A DNA stretch of 64,000 bases from an uncultured Clostridia bacterium (GTDB lineage: Bacteria; Bacillota; Clostridia; Christensenellales; UBA3700), in the NCBI GenBank assembly GCA_944383935.1, contig CALWRK010000001.1, forward strand, positions 19,484 to 83,483, read 5' to 3'. The notes under the pieces were generated by a model. It ran no database searches. It was not told the origin of the DNA and saw nothing but the letters and a program-made list of their open reading frames with translations. Each line of letters opens with the position of its first letter. Position 1 is the stretch's first letter. The position numbers and the translations under genes are program-made. This document shows, one piece after another, positions 1-8,660 of the stretch.

Positions 1-1208
1 AGTCCTTCCAAGCCCAGCGCTTTAGGTACGCCGGCAAGGATAAGCAATGCCAATGAGATAGGTTCGCTGTATATGAGAATATAAGCAAACAAATTACTCT
101 TTGTTGCGTAAAAATATGCCGTAGATACGCGCATTATGGCAATGCACGGGAAGGACCACACGAACAGAGAGAGTACATGGGCGGCGTCCTCCGCCACCGA
201 AGGCGAAGATCCGAACATCTGAGGTATGGCATAACGCAGCAAATATACCGCGGGAAGACAGATAAACGAGGTAATGAGTGCGGTTAAGTATGACATCGCC
301 ACAGACGTCTTGACTTTTTTCATATCCCCTTCTCCGTAATATGTGCTGATAAGAGGTTGAGAACCGTCGCCCACCCCCTGCATGAGATATTGTACCACGC
401 AGGTGACGTAATTGACCACCGCATAACAGGCAATAGCGGCATTACCTCCGTATTCAAGAGCGGCAATATTGAAAATTACAACCACTAGGGTCGGTACCAG
501 CGTAAGACCGAAGGGAGATATACCCACCTTTAATATGGTCAAACACTCCTTTACGCGAGGGCGGTATACGGTATGGCGTATAAGCAACTTTTTATAAAAA
601 AGGAATACCACGCATGGTATAACGGTTACAAACTGCCCTATCAATGTCGCAAGCGCCGCTCCCATCATCTCCCAACTTAAAACCTGAACCATCAACCAGT
701 CCAACAGTACGTTAGTGAGAAATCCGGCTATCATCGCCCCCATAGCTACGATTGCTCCGCCGTAATTCCTCACGATGGGCACCAGGCAGGTGGATACCAT
801 CTGTATTGCGGCACCCCACATCAAATATTTTATATATTCGTTGGCATAAATTTCTATATCATCTCTGCCGCCGAAAAGATGGACGAGATATGGATATGTA
901 AAACTCAGTACCAGGGAAAAAACAGCGGCGGCTATCACGAGGATAATAAGCGTATTCCCCAAATATCTGCGCTCCCCTTCTTCATCTCCGGCAGCTTTTG
1001 CTATGGAGAGATTGACCGCACCGCTCATTCCTATTCCCGTACCCAAAGCCTGCACAAAAACAACCAGCGGCCACGCTACATTTATTGCGGATACACCCAC
1101 ATCACCGACACAGTTCCCTACAAAAAGACCGTCAACAATGGAATACACTCCCGAAAACGCAAACGCAAGCATTGCGGGAAATACGCTTTTGGAATATGCT
1201 TTGAACAT
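1..1208 (-). CDS. MATE family efflux transporter, partial (C-terminus runs off the left edge of the window)
   Basis: Absent from the ORF track because there is no in-window stop. Hand translation of the minus strand from ATG at 1208 (GGAG 8 nt upstream) gives MFKAYSKSVFPAMLAFAFSGVYSIVDGLFVGN...GTGIGMSGAVNLSIAKAAGDEE..., a polytopic hydrophobic protein with a MATE/NorM-like N-terminus. The frame stays open to position 1. Confidence 0.75.
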   Translation of the reverse strand, partial: MFKAYSKSVFPAMLAFAFSGVYSIVDGLFVGNCVGDVGVSAINVAWPLVVFVQALGTGIGMSGAVNLSIAKAAGDEEGERRYLGNTLIILVIAAAVFSLVLSFTYPYLVHLFGGRDDIEIYANEYIKYLMWGAAIQMVSTCLVPIVRNYGGAIVAMGAMIAGFLTNVLLDWLMVQVLSWEMMGAALATLIGQFVTVIPCVVFLFYKKLLIRHTVYRPRVKECLTILKVGISPFGLTLVPTLVVVIFNIAALEYGGNAAIACYAVVNYVTCVVQYLMQGVGDGSQPLISTYYGEGDMKKVKTSVAMSYLTALITSFICLPAVYLLRYAIPQMFGSSPSVAEDAAHVLSLFVWSFPCIAIMRVSTAYFYATKSNLFAYILIYSEPISLALLILAGVPKALGLEG

Positions 1209-1316
1209 TTAGGCGGCTCCTTTTTTATAAAGATTCGGCACGAGGCAATGCCCGGTGCCGAATACAATTCTACCAAATGCCCATATGCCTGTCAAACGAA
1301 AAACAGGCAAAGTATG

Positions 1317-1763
1317 TCAGTTATCGTATCTTATCTTAAACACGGCTTTTTTTACCGTGCCCATAGTCTTGTGCAGGCTGGGCGCATGAGGTTCCCCCGG
1401 GAAAAACAGGGCGAAATCCCCCGCTCTTAGCGGCAAGAGTGCAATATTCCCTTTCCACATCGCTATATCCCGCTCCTTATCGTATGCCTCAACAGGAAGG
1501 ATGTCCTCGGCGGAGATATATCCCATAAACTCCTCTCCTTTTAAGACAAGCTGCAAGTCGGCATAGACATCGTGCGTTTCTATCGTCGCCTCGCTTGCAG
1601 GCTTTGGCGTATATTCCATCACATTCACATACACATCTTGCGCCACATCATATCTGCCGCAAGGCGTATCGCCGTTCAGCTTTGCGGCATACTCTATGCA
1701 AGAAAAAATTTTCTCGTCGATATTTTGATATCTTGCCGCATTTTTAAGATTGGATATTATCAT
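1317..1763 (-). CDS. YhcH/YjgK/YiaL (DUF386, EbgC-like) family protein
   Basis: GRYDVAQDVYVNVMEYTPK, HDVYADLQLVLKGEE and AGDFALFFPGEPHAP line up with E. coli YhcH motifs. I place the start at the internal Met (MIISNLKN, 1763), not at the ORF-track start 1814, which would lie deep inside the upstream MFS gene. Confidence 0.75.
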   Translation of the reverse strand: MIISNLKNAARYQNIDEKIFSCIEYAAKLNGDTPCGRYDVAQDVYVNVMEYTPKPASEATIETHDVYADLQLVLKGEEFMGYISAEDILPVEAYDKERDIAMWKGNIALLPLRAGDFALFFPGEPHAPSLHKTMGTVKKAVFKIRYDN

Positions 1764-3012
1764 TATTATTCTCCTCCTTGTCTGCGCCTCGACTTTCGGA
1801 TAGCGGAACGTCAAGCGCAGCTTTTTTATTTCTTTTATTTATCAACATATATATTATAAGTCCCAGAGAAAGTACTGCGGGAAAAATTATTCCGAACGAA
1901 AGTCCCGTCTGCAATCTCCCGTCCGTAGCGTCCGTTACCAATCCTACCAAAGTGGGACCCGCGGTGCAACCTACGTCGCCAGCAAGCGCCAAAAACGCGA
2001 ACATCATCGTTCCCCCGCCCTTTATTCCGTTTGCGGAGAGACTGAAAGTTCCCGGCCACATGGCGCCGACGGCAAATCCGCAGATACCGCATCCCACTAA
2101 GGATAATATGGCATTCGGAGATACGGCTATTATCAAATATCCCGCCGCGCATAATATTCCCGATATAAGCAGCAAAGGTTCCAATTTCAATTTCTCACTC
2201 AATTTGGCGAATATTAACCTAGATATGCCCATCAGAAAAGCAAAGGCGCACGGACCTGCTATATCGCCAACCACTTTACTTACGCCCAATCCGCTTTCGG
2301 CAAAACTGGATGCCCACTGCGCTATACATACCTCGCTCGCTCCCGCGCAAACCATCAACAAAACCATAAGCCAAAACACTCTATTGGTCATTAAAGATTT
2401 GAAGTTACCCGTTTTTTCTTCCGCTTCCTGCTTAGGCATGGGTACCAGTAAAAAATATATACAGTTAAGCGCGGGGATGATAGCCCAAATATATGCCATC
2501 ATCTTCCACCCTGCCGTCCCTTCGAACATGAAATAGAGAGATGATATCAATATCACCGCTACGGCACCCCAGCAATAGAATGAGTGCAAAAGGCTCATTG
2601 CCGCAGCCTTTCTCTTTGTCGGGCAGGCTTCCACAATGGGACTTACGCATACCTCCAAAAGTCCGCCACCCACGGCATAAAGCATTACGGCTATCATCAA
2701 ACCGTAGAACTCATCCGCAAACAACTCGGGTAAAAACGCCAATCCCGCAATACCCAATGTAGCAAAGATATGGGCAGTGACCATGGCGGCTCTCCACCCT
2801 ATCTTGTCTACCACTTTTGCCGATATGAGATCCACCAAAAGCTGCACTCCGAAGTTGATGGTGACAAGCATGGTTATCTTGTCCAAAGATATGTCGTATT
2901 GACTTTGAAAGGTCAAAAACAGCAAAGGCGCAAAATTATTTACGATAGCTTGAACTATATAGCCGATATAACAAGATACGATCGTATTGTTATAATTTTT
3001 CAGCAAACTCAT
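1744..3012 (-). CDS. MFS transporter (probable sugar or sugar-acid permease)
   Basis: 422 aa with about 12 hydrophobic segments and a central loop (PMPKQEAEEKTGNFKS), the typical MFS layout. Its 3' end overlaps the yhcH-like gene by 20 nt. Confidence 0.8.
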   Translation of the reverse strand: MSLLKNYNNTIVSCYIGYIVQAIVNNFAPLLFLTFQSQYDISLDKITMLVTINFGVQLLVDLISAKVVDKIGWRAAMVTAHIFATLGIAGLAFLPELFADEFYGLMIAVMLYAVGGGLLEVCVSPIVEACPTKRKAAAMSLLHSFYCWGAVAVILISSLYFMFEGTAGWKMMAYIWAIIPALNCIYFLLVPMPKQEAEEKTGNFKSLMTNRVFWLMVLLMVCAGASEVCIAQWASSFAESGLGVSKVVGDIAGPCAFAFLMGISRLIFAKLSEKLKLEPLLLISGILCAAGYLIIAVSPNAILSLVGCGICGFAVGAMWPGTFSLSANGIKGGGTMMFAFLALAGDVGCTAGPTLVGLVTDATDGRLQTGLSFGIIFPAVLSLGLIIYMLINKRNKKAALDVPLSESRGADKEENNNDNIQS

Positions 3013-3212
3013 AAACAGCTATCTCCTATCGAATATATCTTAAACGCTTGAAAAATTAAAGTCAATCAATTTTCTTCAACAGTCCATATCCCAGTTCAGC
3101 TTTTCAAATTGAAAAACTGCCCTTATGCCGCCTATGGCATTGTTTTAAGTAATCGTGATAGAACCGAAGTTGTCTTTTCAGCTTGCGCGCGTGCGCTAAA
3201 CTCAGAGTCTAA

Positions 3213-4667
3213 CTACAAATCCATAAATATTCCGCTTATCAATATGAGCGCCATGCACACGGGAGCCACATAACGAATCATTATGCGGAAATAAGTGCGC
3301 GTAGGCTTGCCTATAAGCCCTGCCTCGTCCATAATAAGCCTCGTATCGCAGAAATATCCCGCAACCACACAGGTGCCTATCGCCACAATAGGCATGATTA
3401 TGCTATTGGAAATGTAGTCGAAAAAGTCTAGCAGCTGCATATCGCCGATCTTTATCATAGACAGCGGACCGTATCCCAAAGATGAGAGGGCGCCCAATAT
3501 CAGCATCAGTCCGAATACTATCATGCACGATACCGCCCTGCTCAAACCGTTCGATTTAAGCACCGCAACTATCGTTTCAACCAGCGATATCGACGACGTA
3601 AGCGCGGCAAAGAATACCAGCACGAAAAACACCATTCCCAGCCATCTGCCGCCGGCGATATTGTTGAACACCGCAGGAAGTTGAACGAACATGAGCGAAG
3701 GTCCCGATTGAGCCATTGCATTTTGAGGATCGTCGGAAAAGGCGAATATTGATGGAATTATTATCACCGCCGCCACTATCGCAAACGCACTATCACATAT
3801 GGAAATTTGGCGGGCGGATGAAGTTATCTTGGCGTCCTTTTTCATATAAGAGCCATATGTGATCATTATACCCATGGCCAGTGACATCGAGTAGAACAAC
3901 TGTCCCAAGGCTGCCAGTAACGTCTCTATCTTGAAGTTTTCGAAATTGGGAATAAACAGCACTTTCAGCCCGTCCAGTGCGCCCGGCTGGCAGAGTACAT
4001 ATATCATAAGGGCTATGGCAATCGCCGCCAAGGCGGGCATGAGGATCTTGCTCATGCGCTCTATCCCCTTCTGCACACCGAACACCACGACAAACACAGT
4101 AATAAGCGCGAATATCAGGAAAAACACGATAGGCATCCACGGATTGGAGATAAAACCATTAAAATACTCCTGCGAGGTAGCCACTGACGCGCCCTCGCCC
4201 ACCAGCATACTATCGCCTGCTGCAAAGGCATAAATGTAGTTGGTCACCCATCCGCCTATTACACAATAATAAGGCACAATTATTATCGGCACCACCAGTG
4301 TGAGTATTCCCAGCCACTTAAACTTCCTGTTCAAAGCGGAAAATGCACCTATGATATTTTTGCCTGTCCTTCTGCCTATGGCTATTTCCAGCACGAGCAG
4401 ACAAAATCCAAACGTTACCGCCAGGATAAGATAGCAAAGGATAAACGCTCCGCCGCCGTACTTTGCGGCAAGATAGGGAAAGCGCCACAGATTGCCCAAT
4501 CCAACGGCACTGCCTGCCGCAGCGAGTACAAATCCCAGCTTGGATGCGAACCCTTTATGCTTTTTCTCTTCCGTAGGCGCAAGACCGCCCGCAGCCTGTT
4601 TGCCACGTTCACTTATCATCTCGGCGCCGTACATATCTTTTCCCGCAAACCCGTTGTGTTTCGACAT
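3213..4667 (-). CDS. sodium-dependent transporter, neurotransmitter:sodium symporter (NSS/SNF) family
   Basis: N-terminal signature GSAVGLGNLWRFPYLAAKYGGGAF followed by about 11-12 TM segments. Confidence 0.9.
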   Translation of the reverse strand: MSKHNGFAGKDMYGAEMISERGKQAAGGLAPTEEKKHKGFASKLGFVLAAAGSAVGLGNLWRFPYLAAKYGGGAFILCYLILAVTFGFCLLVLEIAIGRRTGKNIIGAFSALNRKFKWLGILTLVVPIIIVPYYCVIGGWVTNYIYAFAAGDSMLVGEGASVATSQEYFNGFISNPWMPIVFFLIFALITVFVVVFGVQKGIERMSKILMPALAAIAIALMIYVLCQPGALDGLKVLFIPNFENFKIETLLAALGQLFYSMSLAMGIMITYGSYMKKDAKITSSARQISICDSAFAIVAAVIIIPSIFAFSDDPQNAMAQSGPSLMFVQLPAVFNNIAGGRWLGMVFFVLVFFAALTSSISLVETIVAVLKSNGLSRAVSCMIVFGLMLILGALSSLGYGPLSMIKIGDMQLLDFFDYISNSIIMPIVAIGTCVVAGYFCDTRLIMDEAGLIGKPTRTYFRIMIRYVAPVCMALILISGIFMDL

Positions 4668-4701
4668 TAAACCTCTTCCTTTCGTATAACCAGGTAGTCT
4701 A

Positions 4702-4730
4702 AGTTTACATTATTATGGCGATGATGTCAA
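4702..4730 (-). promoter_or_regulatory. putative sigma-70 promoter of the NSS transporter gene
   Basis: Minus strand reads TTGACA-17 nt-TAAACT about 35 nt upstream of the ATG. GGAAGAGG Shine-Dalgarno before the start. Confidence 0.5.
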
Positions 4731-4744
4731 GAATAATAGCTACT

Positions 4745-4778
4745 AAAATGACAAACGCGGAGGATTACACCTCCGCGT
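4745..4778 (-). terminator. rho-independent terminator after the zinc-ribbon protein gene
   Basis: Perfect 9-bp stem ACGCGGAGG / CCTCCGCGT (4755-4763 / 4770-4778) with a 6-nt loop, followed on the minus strand by TTGTCATTTT. Confidence 0.7.
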
Positions 4779-4782
4779 CAGC

Positions 4783-5520
4783 TTACGCTTTTTTATTTTC
4801 ATTGTCTTTTTTGTTTGTCTTGCCCTCTCTTTCTTCCTTTTCGGCTTTCTCTTTTTCTTCCTTGGCTTTTTTGTAGACGATCGGTGCAGATATGGCTCCT
4901 ATAACGGCTATAATACCACCTGTAATGCCAAAGCTTACGGCAAGTGACGCGTCGCCAAGAGTAACGCCGTATATTATTCCGACTAACGCAAGCGCAATTC
5001 CTACCGCTATTATAATGATGTTAACCGATACAGCCTGCTTAGGGTCGATTATTTTTTTCTCCTCTTTTTCCGATTGATTCAAATTTATTCTGCCCACTTC
5101 GGGCGCATCTATTTGAATTACATTCATATTGTCGCCGGGTGAAATAAACACGGTATTAGACTTAGTGTTTCCGCAAACGCAATAAATTCTATGCGCTTTT
5201 TTGGAATCCACCATAATTTTTTCTCTCCCGAATTTATAAATTCTGCCGTATTCCTTATCGTCGACAAATATCGTAGCCGACGTTTTCCCGTACTTATCCG
5301 AATACCTTATAAATAGAATTTCTCTGTCATAATTTTCCCTCTCCTGCTCTATGGTGAAAGTTGCGTTGTTTATCGCCATATTATTCGTAATATTATAATT
5401 ATGAATCACCTTTTCAGTGATAAATGCCGTTCCGCAGTTGGGGCATATCCCCGCTTCTTTGGAAGGGTCAACTTGAATGTTTGCTCCGCATTGTGAACAT
5501 TTAGCCGGTACTAAACCCAT
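4783..5520 (-). CDS. hypothetical membrane protein with N-terminal zinc ribbon
   Basis: N-terminal CxxC...CxxC (CSQCGANIQVDPSKEAGICPNCG), a middle soluble domain, two C-terminal TM segments and a Lys/Glu-rich tail. AT-richer than neighbouring genes by eye. Confidence 0.6.
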   Translation of the reverse strand: MGLVPAKCSQCGANIQVDPSKEAGICPNCGTAFITEKVIHNYNITNNMAINNATFTIEQERENYDREILFIRYSDKYGKTSATIFVDDKEYGRIYKFGREKIMVDSKKAHRIYCVCGNTKSNTVFISPGDNMNVIQIDAPEVGRINLNQSEKEEKKIIDPKQAVSVNIIIIAVGIALALVGIIYGVTLGDASLAVSFGITGGIIAVIGAISAPIVYKKAKEEKEKAEKEEREGKTNKKDNENKKA

Positions 5521-5554
5521 GTATGTTTTCTCCTTTGTTTCATATACATATATT

Positions 5555-5606
5555 ATACATCATAAAATGGTGTATAGCAAGTAAAATACATCACTAAATG
5601 GTATAT
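5555..5606. promoter_or_regulatory. two 21-bp operator-like repeats in the divergent intergenic region
   Basis: ATACATCATAAAATGGTGTAT (5555-5575) and ATACATCACTAAATGGTATAT (5586-5606), 18 of 21 identical and 31 bp apart. The first carries inverted arms ATACA...TGTAT. Confidence 0.5.
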
Positions 5607-5613
5607 TTACTTT

Positions 5614-5841
5614 ATGGATATAGCAAAAAGCATAGGAAAAAATTTAGCTGCGGCTCGCAAAGCAAAGGGACTTACTCAAAAAGAAGTCGCCGCCGTTTTG
5701 CATATGACCCAGCAGCAATACAGCCGCTTCGAAAACGGCGTATTTGAGTTGAATTATTCGCTTATCCTCAAATTGTGCAATCTTTACGAAATCACACCCA
5801 ACGAACTTTTCAGTATAGATTCTCAAACGTGCTTCTACTGA
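5614..5841 (+). CDS. XRE-family helix-turn-helix transcriptional regulator
   Basis: 75 aa. LAAARKAKGLTQKEVAAVLHMTQQQYSRFENG is the classic HTH_3/XRE pattern. Confidence 0.85.
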   Translation: MDIAKSIGKNLAAARKAKGLTQKEVAAVLHMTQQQYSRFENGVFELNYSLILKLCNLYEITPNELFSIDSQTCFY

Positions 5842-5849
5842 CTAAATTT

Positions 5850-5882
5850 TTGTTATAAAAAGGCGGCGCTATTCACGCCGCC
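5850..5882. terminator. hairpin terminator between convergent genes (best fit for the minus-strand phosphoesterase gene)
   Basis: GGCGGCG (5862-5868) / CGCCGCC (5876-5882) with a 7-nt loop. On the minus strand it is followed by TTTTTATAACAAAAATTT. Confidence 0.65.
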
Positions 5883-5910
5883 CATAAGCCGCCCATAATA
5901 TATTATAATA

Positions 5911-6972
5911 TTATATTACTATATTATTTATATACACTCCCCCGCTCGGGTCGAGGGTGATCACCGTGCCGCCGTACTCTTCCGCGTCATTCCAATACTT
6001 GGGTGAAGGACCCGTCTTTAAGCCGTAAGTATATGTTATGCCTTCGTATGTGATCGAGGCGTTATTTTCGTGGTCGTGCCCGCAGAAGAAGTGTGTGACT
6101 CCGTTTGCTTTTGCAACGTCCACAAATCCCGAATTTATGGGAGCTACGCCGGGGAGATAGGAGCAATATCCAAAGCCGTACTCTTCCGGCACATAATATC
6201 TGCCCGTTTCCTCGTCGAGCGTGCATAGCGTTTCTATCGCCTCTTTCATCTCCGGTTGAGCAAAATGCGAAAACACAATTCCGGGTACCCGATCGCCGCC
6301 GTTTGCTTCGGCTATACCCTGTGCCATCCATTCAAACCAGGCGATCTGCTCATAGCCCATATATATTTCATCACTGCCGCTTTCGTATTCGTAATACCTG
6401 CCGTTATCTAAGAAAAACAACGTCTTGTCTATACTTCCATTTCTGGTGATATTTATGGCGTAATTGCCCATTCCGTAGAGGTTTGAAGGTCCTCTCTCAA
6501 ACATACAATATTCCGCCTCTTCATACCTATCCGACTGCCAAGATATGGTGGCATTACCCTCCATGTCATGATTACCATAGTTACACGCCCACGGAATTTT
6601 ATAACTCTCCATGCGCTTGATAAGCTGTTTAAGTAATATGTCGGTGGTAAGTCCGGAAACGTTATCGCCCGGTAAAATTATCATATCGGGCTGTACGCGG
6701 GACACAAGTTCGTCCATCAATTCAAAAGTCTTGTTATTATCCGACAAATCACTCCACAGCTGCAAATCGGTAAAAAGTAATATCTCAAATTGCTCGCTTC
6801 CCGCCTCAACATTTTGCACGCTTTTAATGGAGAACTCGCTGTCTACACCCCAAACATCCACGCGCTTTTCGCCCATACGCGGAATAAACAGCGCCATAAC
6901 AATCACTATAACCACAACCGACAATGCCGCAAGTATTCCGATTATAATCTTCTTTTTCCTGGTCAACGCCAT
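5911..6972 (-). CDS. membrane-anchored metallophosphoesterase (calcineurin-like)
   Basis: N-terminal TM (IIIGILAALSVVVIVIVMALFI), then the motifs LPGDNV, GNHD and GHDHEN. Confidence 0.8.
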   Translation of the reverse strand: MALTRKKKIIIGILAALSVVVIVIVMALFIPRMGEKRVDVWGVDSEFSIKSVQNVEAGSEQFEILLFTDLQLWSDLSDNNKTFELMDELVSRVQPDMIILPGDNVSGLTTDILLKQLIKRMESYKIPWACNYGNHDMEGNATISWQSDRYEEAEYCMFERGPSNLYGMGNYAINITRNGSIDKTLFFLDNGRYYEYESGSDEIYMGYEQIAWFEWMAQGIAEANGGDRVPGIVFSHFAQPEMKEAIETLCTLDEETGRYYVPEEYGFGYCSYLPGVAPINSGFVDVAKANGVTHFFCGHDHENNASITYEGITYTYGLKTGPSPKYWNDAEEYGGTVITLDPSGGVYINNIVI

Positions 6973-7292
6973 AGCCTTCTCCTATCATATTTTAATCTAT
7001 AAAAGTATATACCATGCTCTATCCCTCTGTCAACGCTGCTCTTCTCTACCGGCTTAATTTTAACTGTAAAATATCAAACATATTATCGCTCCGACTTATT
7101 GCAAAAATCGGTATTGGCGCCATATTTTACCCGCAAATCTTCCGGACATTATATTCCCGGCGCGTTTGAAAGCGAGAATGTGAAGATGTTTGACACAGAT
7201 TTCGCACAGATTTTTAAGCGAGATTGACAAATAATACAAGAGAGTCGCCTAAAATACCGATATATCTGATATTTTTTGACGACTCTCGAGCT

Positions 7293-7369
7293 TGGTGGAG
7301 ATAATAGGACTCGAACCTATGACCTCTCGCATGTGAAGCGAGCGCACTAACCAACTGTGCTATACCTCC
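7293..7369 (-). tRNA. tRNA-Val (anticodon CAC)
   Basis: Reverse complement GGAGGTATAGCACAGTTGGTTAGTGCGCTCGCTTCACATGCGAGAGGTCATAGGTTCGAGTCCTATTATCTCCACCA folds as a cloverleaf. Anticodon arm CTCGC-TTCACAT-GCGAG. Encoded CCA. Confidence 0.9.
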
Positions 7370-7492
7370 AAACGAATGCTACAATATGATAGCATAAATT
7401 TTATCAATAGGCAAATATTTTGCGGTCTGTTTTGAAAAAATTTTGCGTAGCTCGTCTTATTTTTATAAGCGCCATGCTCTTACATAATCGAA

Positions 7493-7894
7493 CTAGTTTT
7501 TCGGCGGAGAACTGAAATAGTCGCCGAATCTGACCACATTGCTAAACAGCGGATTGTGAAGCCATTCTTCCAAGAAAAGGTTTTCCACATTCACATTCCC
7601 GTCAAAATCTTTTACATGAAAGTAGTTGTATTCGGAAAGCATTAACCACTTTGAACAATATCTGGCAAACCAATCTATACCCGCGAGCCACTTGTATATC
7701 TCATTCATTTCTTCGCAAGTATCCCTATACAGAATGTCGTACATATCGCAATGTATGCAATTTCTATCGTCAATCCATGTTTCACAGCCTCTTTCATTCA
7801 GTTTTTCCATTAAAAAACTTACGAGAGTGTCATAATCAAAGATTTCCTCGTCATCAATCCTCTTCTTATTAAGCTTAATGCGCATGGATATCAT
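7493..7894 (-). CDS. hypothetical protein (orphan gene nested between two tRNA genes)
   Basis: 133-aa ORF, AT-rich, no family I recognise. A TTGAAT-18-TATAAT (TG-extended) promoter-like sequence lies just upstream. Confidence 0.45.
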   Translation of the reverse strand: MISMRIKLNKKRIDDEEIFDYDTLVSFLMEKLNERGCETWIDDRNCIHCDMYDILYRDTCEEMNEIYKWLAGIDWFARYCSKWLMLSEYNYFHVKDFDGNVNVENLFLEEWLHNPLFSNVVRFGDYFSSPPKN

Positions 7895-7953
7895 CGGCTG
7901 CCCTCATCATTCGTTTTATATATTATACCATATGTAAATACGATAATTCAACC

Positions 7954-7980
7954 ATTAAAAAAGGAATGCTTGCGCATTCC
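7954..7980 (-). terminator. rho-independent terminator immediately after tRNA-Pro
   Basis: GGAATGC (7963-7969) / GCATTCC (7974-7980) with a 4-nt loop, followed on the minus strand by TTTTTTAAT. Confidence 0.7.
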
Positions 7981-7983
7981 CAT

Positions 7984-8060
7984 TGGTCGAGGTGACGGGA
8001 TTTGAACCCACGACCTCATGGTCCCGAACCATGCGCGCTACCAAACTGCGCTACACCTCG
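7984..8060 (-). tRNA. tRNA-Pro (anticodon CGG)
   Basis: Reverse complement CGAGGTGTAGCGCAGTTTGGTAGCGCGCATGGTTCGGGACCATGAGGTCGTGGGTTCAAATCCCGTCACCTCGACCA. Anticodon arm CATGG-TTCGGGA-CCATG with G37. Two G-U pairs in the T stem. Encoded CCA. Confidence 0.85.
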
Positions 8061-8203
8061 GCAAGAAAAATAATATCACATTCATCTCAGGTTTTCAACT
8101 GTTTTTTCGCAGTTATAGGCAATAATCTTCCTTTCAACTTCTTAAATCAGCGTAACAATCGGGAAAAACTTTGAATATAATGAAAAAAGGTGGTGAAAAA
8201 CTC

Positions 8204-8232
8204 TTTACAAGTCCGCTGTTTTTTGATATATT
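8204..8232 (+). promoter_or_regulatory. putative promoter of the four-tRNA cluster
   Basis: TTTACA-17 nt-TATATT about 18 nt upstream of tRNA-Val(TAC). Confidence 0.4.
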
Positions 8233-8249
8233 ATTATGCGTGACAGCGT

Positions 8250-8325
8250 GGGAGCATAGCTCAGCTGGGAGAGCATCTGCCTTACAAGCAGGGGGTCACA
8301 GGTTCGAGCCCTGTTGTTCCCACCA
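8250..8325 (+). tRNA. tRNA-Val (anticodon TAC)
   Basis: GGGAGCATAGCTCAGCTGGGAGAGCATCTGCCTTACAAGCAGGGGGTCACAGGTTCGAGCCCTGTTGTTCCCACCA. Anticodon loop CTTACAA. Confidence 0.9.
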
Positions 8326-8331
8326 CGATAT

Positions 8332-8407
8332 GCGGGAGTGGCTCAGTTGGTAGAGCGTCGCCTTGCCAAGGCGAAGGCCGCGGGTTCGAGTCCCGTCTCC
8401 CGCTCCA
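8332..8407 (+). tRNA. tRNA-Gly (anticodon GCC)
   Basis: GCGGGAGTGGCTCAGTTGGTAGAGCGTCGCCTTGCCAAGGCGAAGGCCGCGGGTTCGAGTCCCGTCTCCCGCTCCA. Anticodon loop TTGCCAA, discriminator U. Confidence 0.9.
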
Positions 8408-8413
8408 AGATAT

Positions 8414-8487
8414 GGCACCATAGCCAAGTGGTAAGGCAGAGCTCTGCAAAAGCTTAACCCCCAGTTCAAATCTGGGTGGTGCCTCCA
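8414..8487 (+). tRNA. tRNA-Cys (anticodon GCA)
   Basis: GGCACCATAGCCAAGTGGTAAGGCAGAGCTCTGCAAAAGCTTAACCCCCAGTTCAAATCTGGGTGGTGCCTCCA. Anticodon loop CTGCAAA, discriminator U. Confidence 0.9.
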
Positions 8488-8525
8488 GATGAAGGTTCTT
8501 GCCGCGCAAGGACCTTTTTTCATTA

Positions 8526-8611
8526 GCCGATGTGGCGAAATGGCAGACGCAAGGGACTTAAAATCCCTCGGGGGCAACTCCGTACCGGTTCGAGTCCGGT
8601 CATCGGCACCA
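8526..8611 (+). tRNA. tRNA-Leu (anticodon TAA), class II with long variable arm
   Basis: GCCGATGTGGCGAAATGGCAGACGCAAGGGACTTAAAATCCCTCGGGGGCAACTCCGTACCGGTTCGAGTCCGGTCATCGGCACCA. Anticodon loop CTTAAAA. Confidence 0.9.
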
Positions 8612-8620
8612 GACAAGAAT

Positions 8621-8660
8621 AATACGAACCTTGGCATAAGTCAGGTTCGTATTATTATTT
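8621..8660 (+). terminator. rho-independent terminator of the tRNA cluster
   Basis: 11-bp stem AATACGAACCT (8621-8631) / AGGTTCGTATT (8643-8653) with an 11-nt loop, running into ATTATTATTT. Confidence 0.7.

Noticed and set aside
879-1430. 183-aa and 69-aa plus-strand ORFs at the left end of the window
   Set aside because: They lie antisense to a MATE transporter gene that the ORF track misses because it has no in-window stop. The minus-strand translation is a coherent polytopic membrane protein with an RBS-preceded ATG at 1208.
7190-7215. Tandem CACAGATTT repeat (two copies at 11-bp spacing) downstream of tRNA-Val(CAC)
   Set aside because: With only two short copies and no flanking structure or associated gene, it is too small to distinguish from chance.
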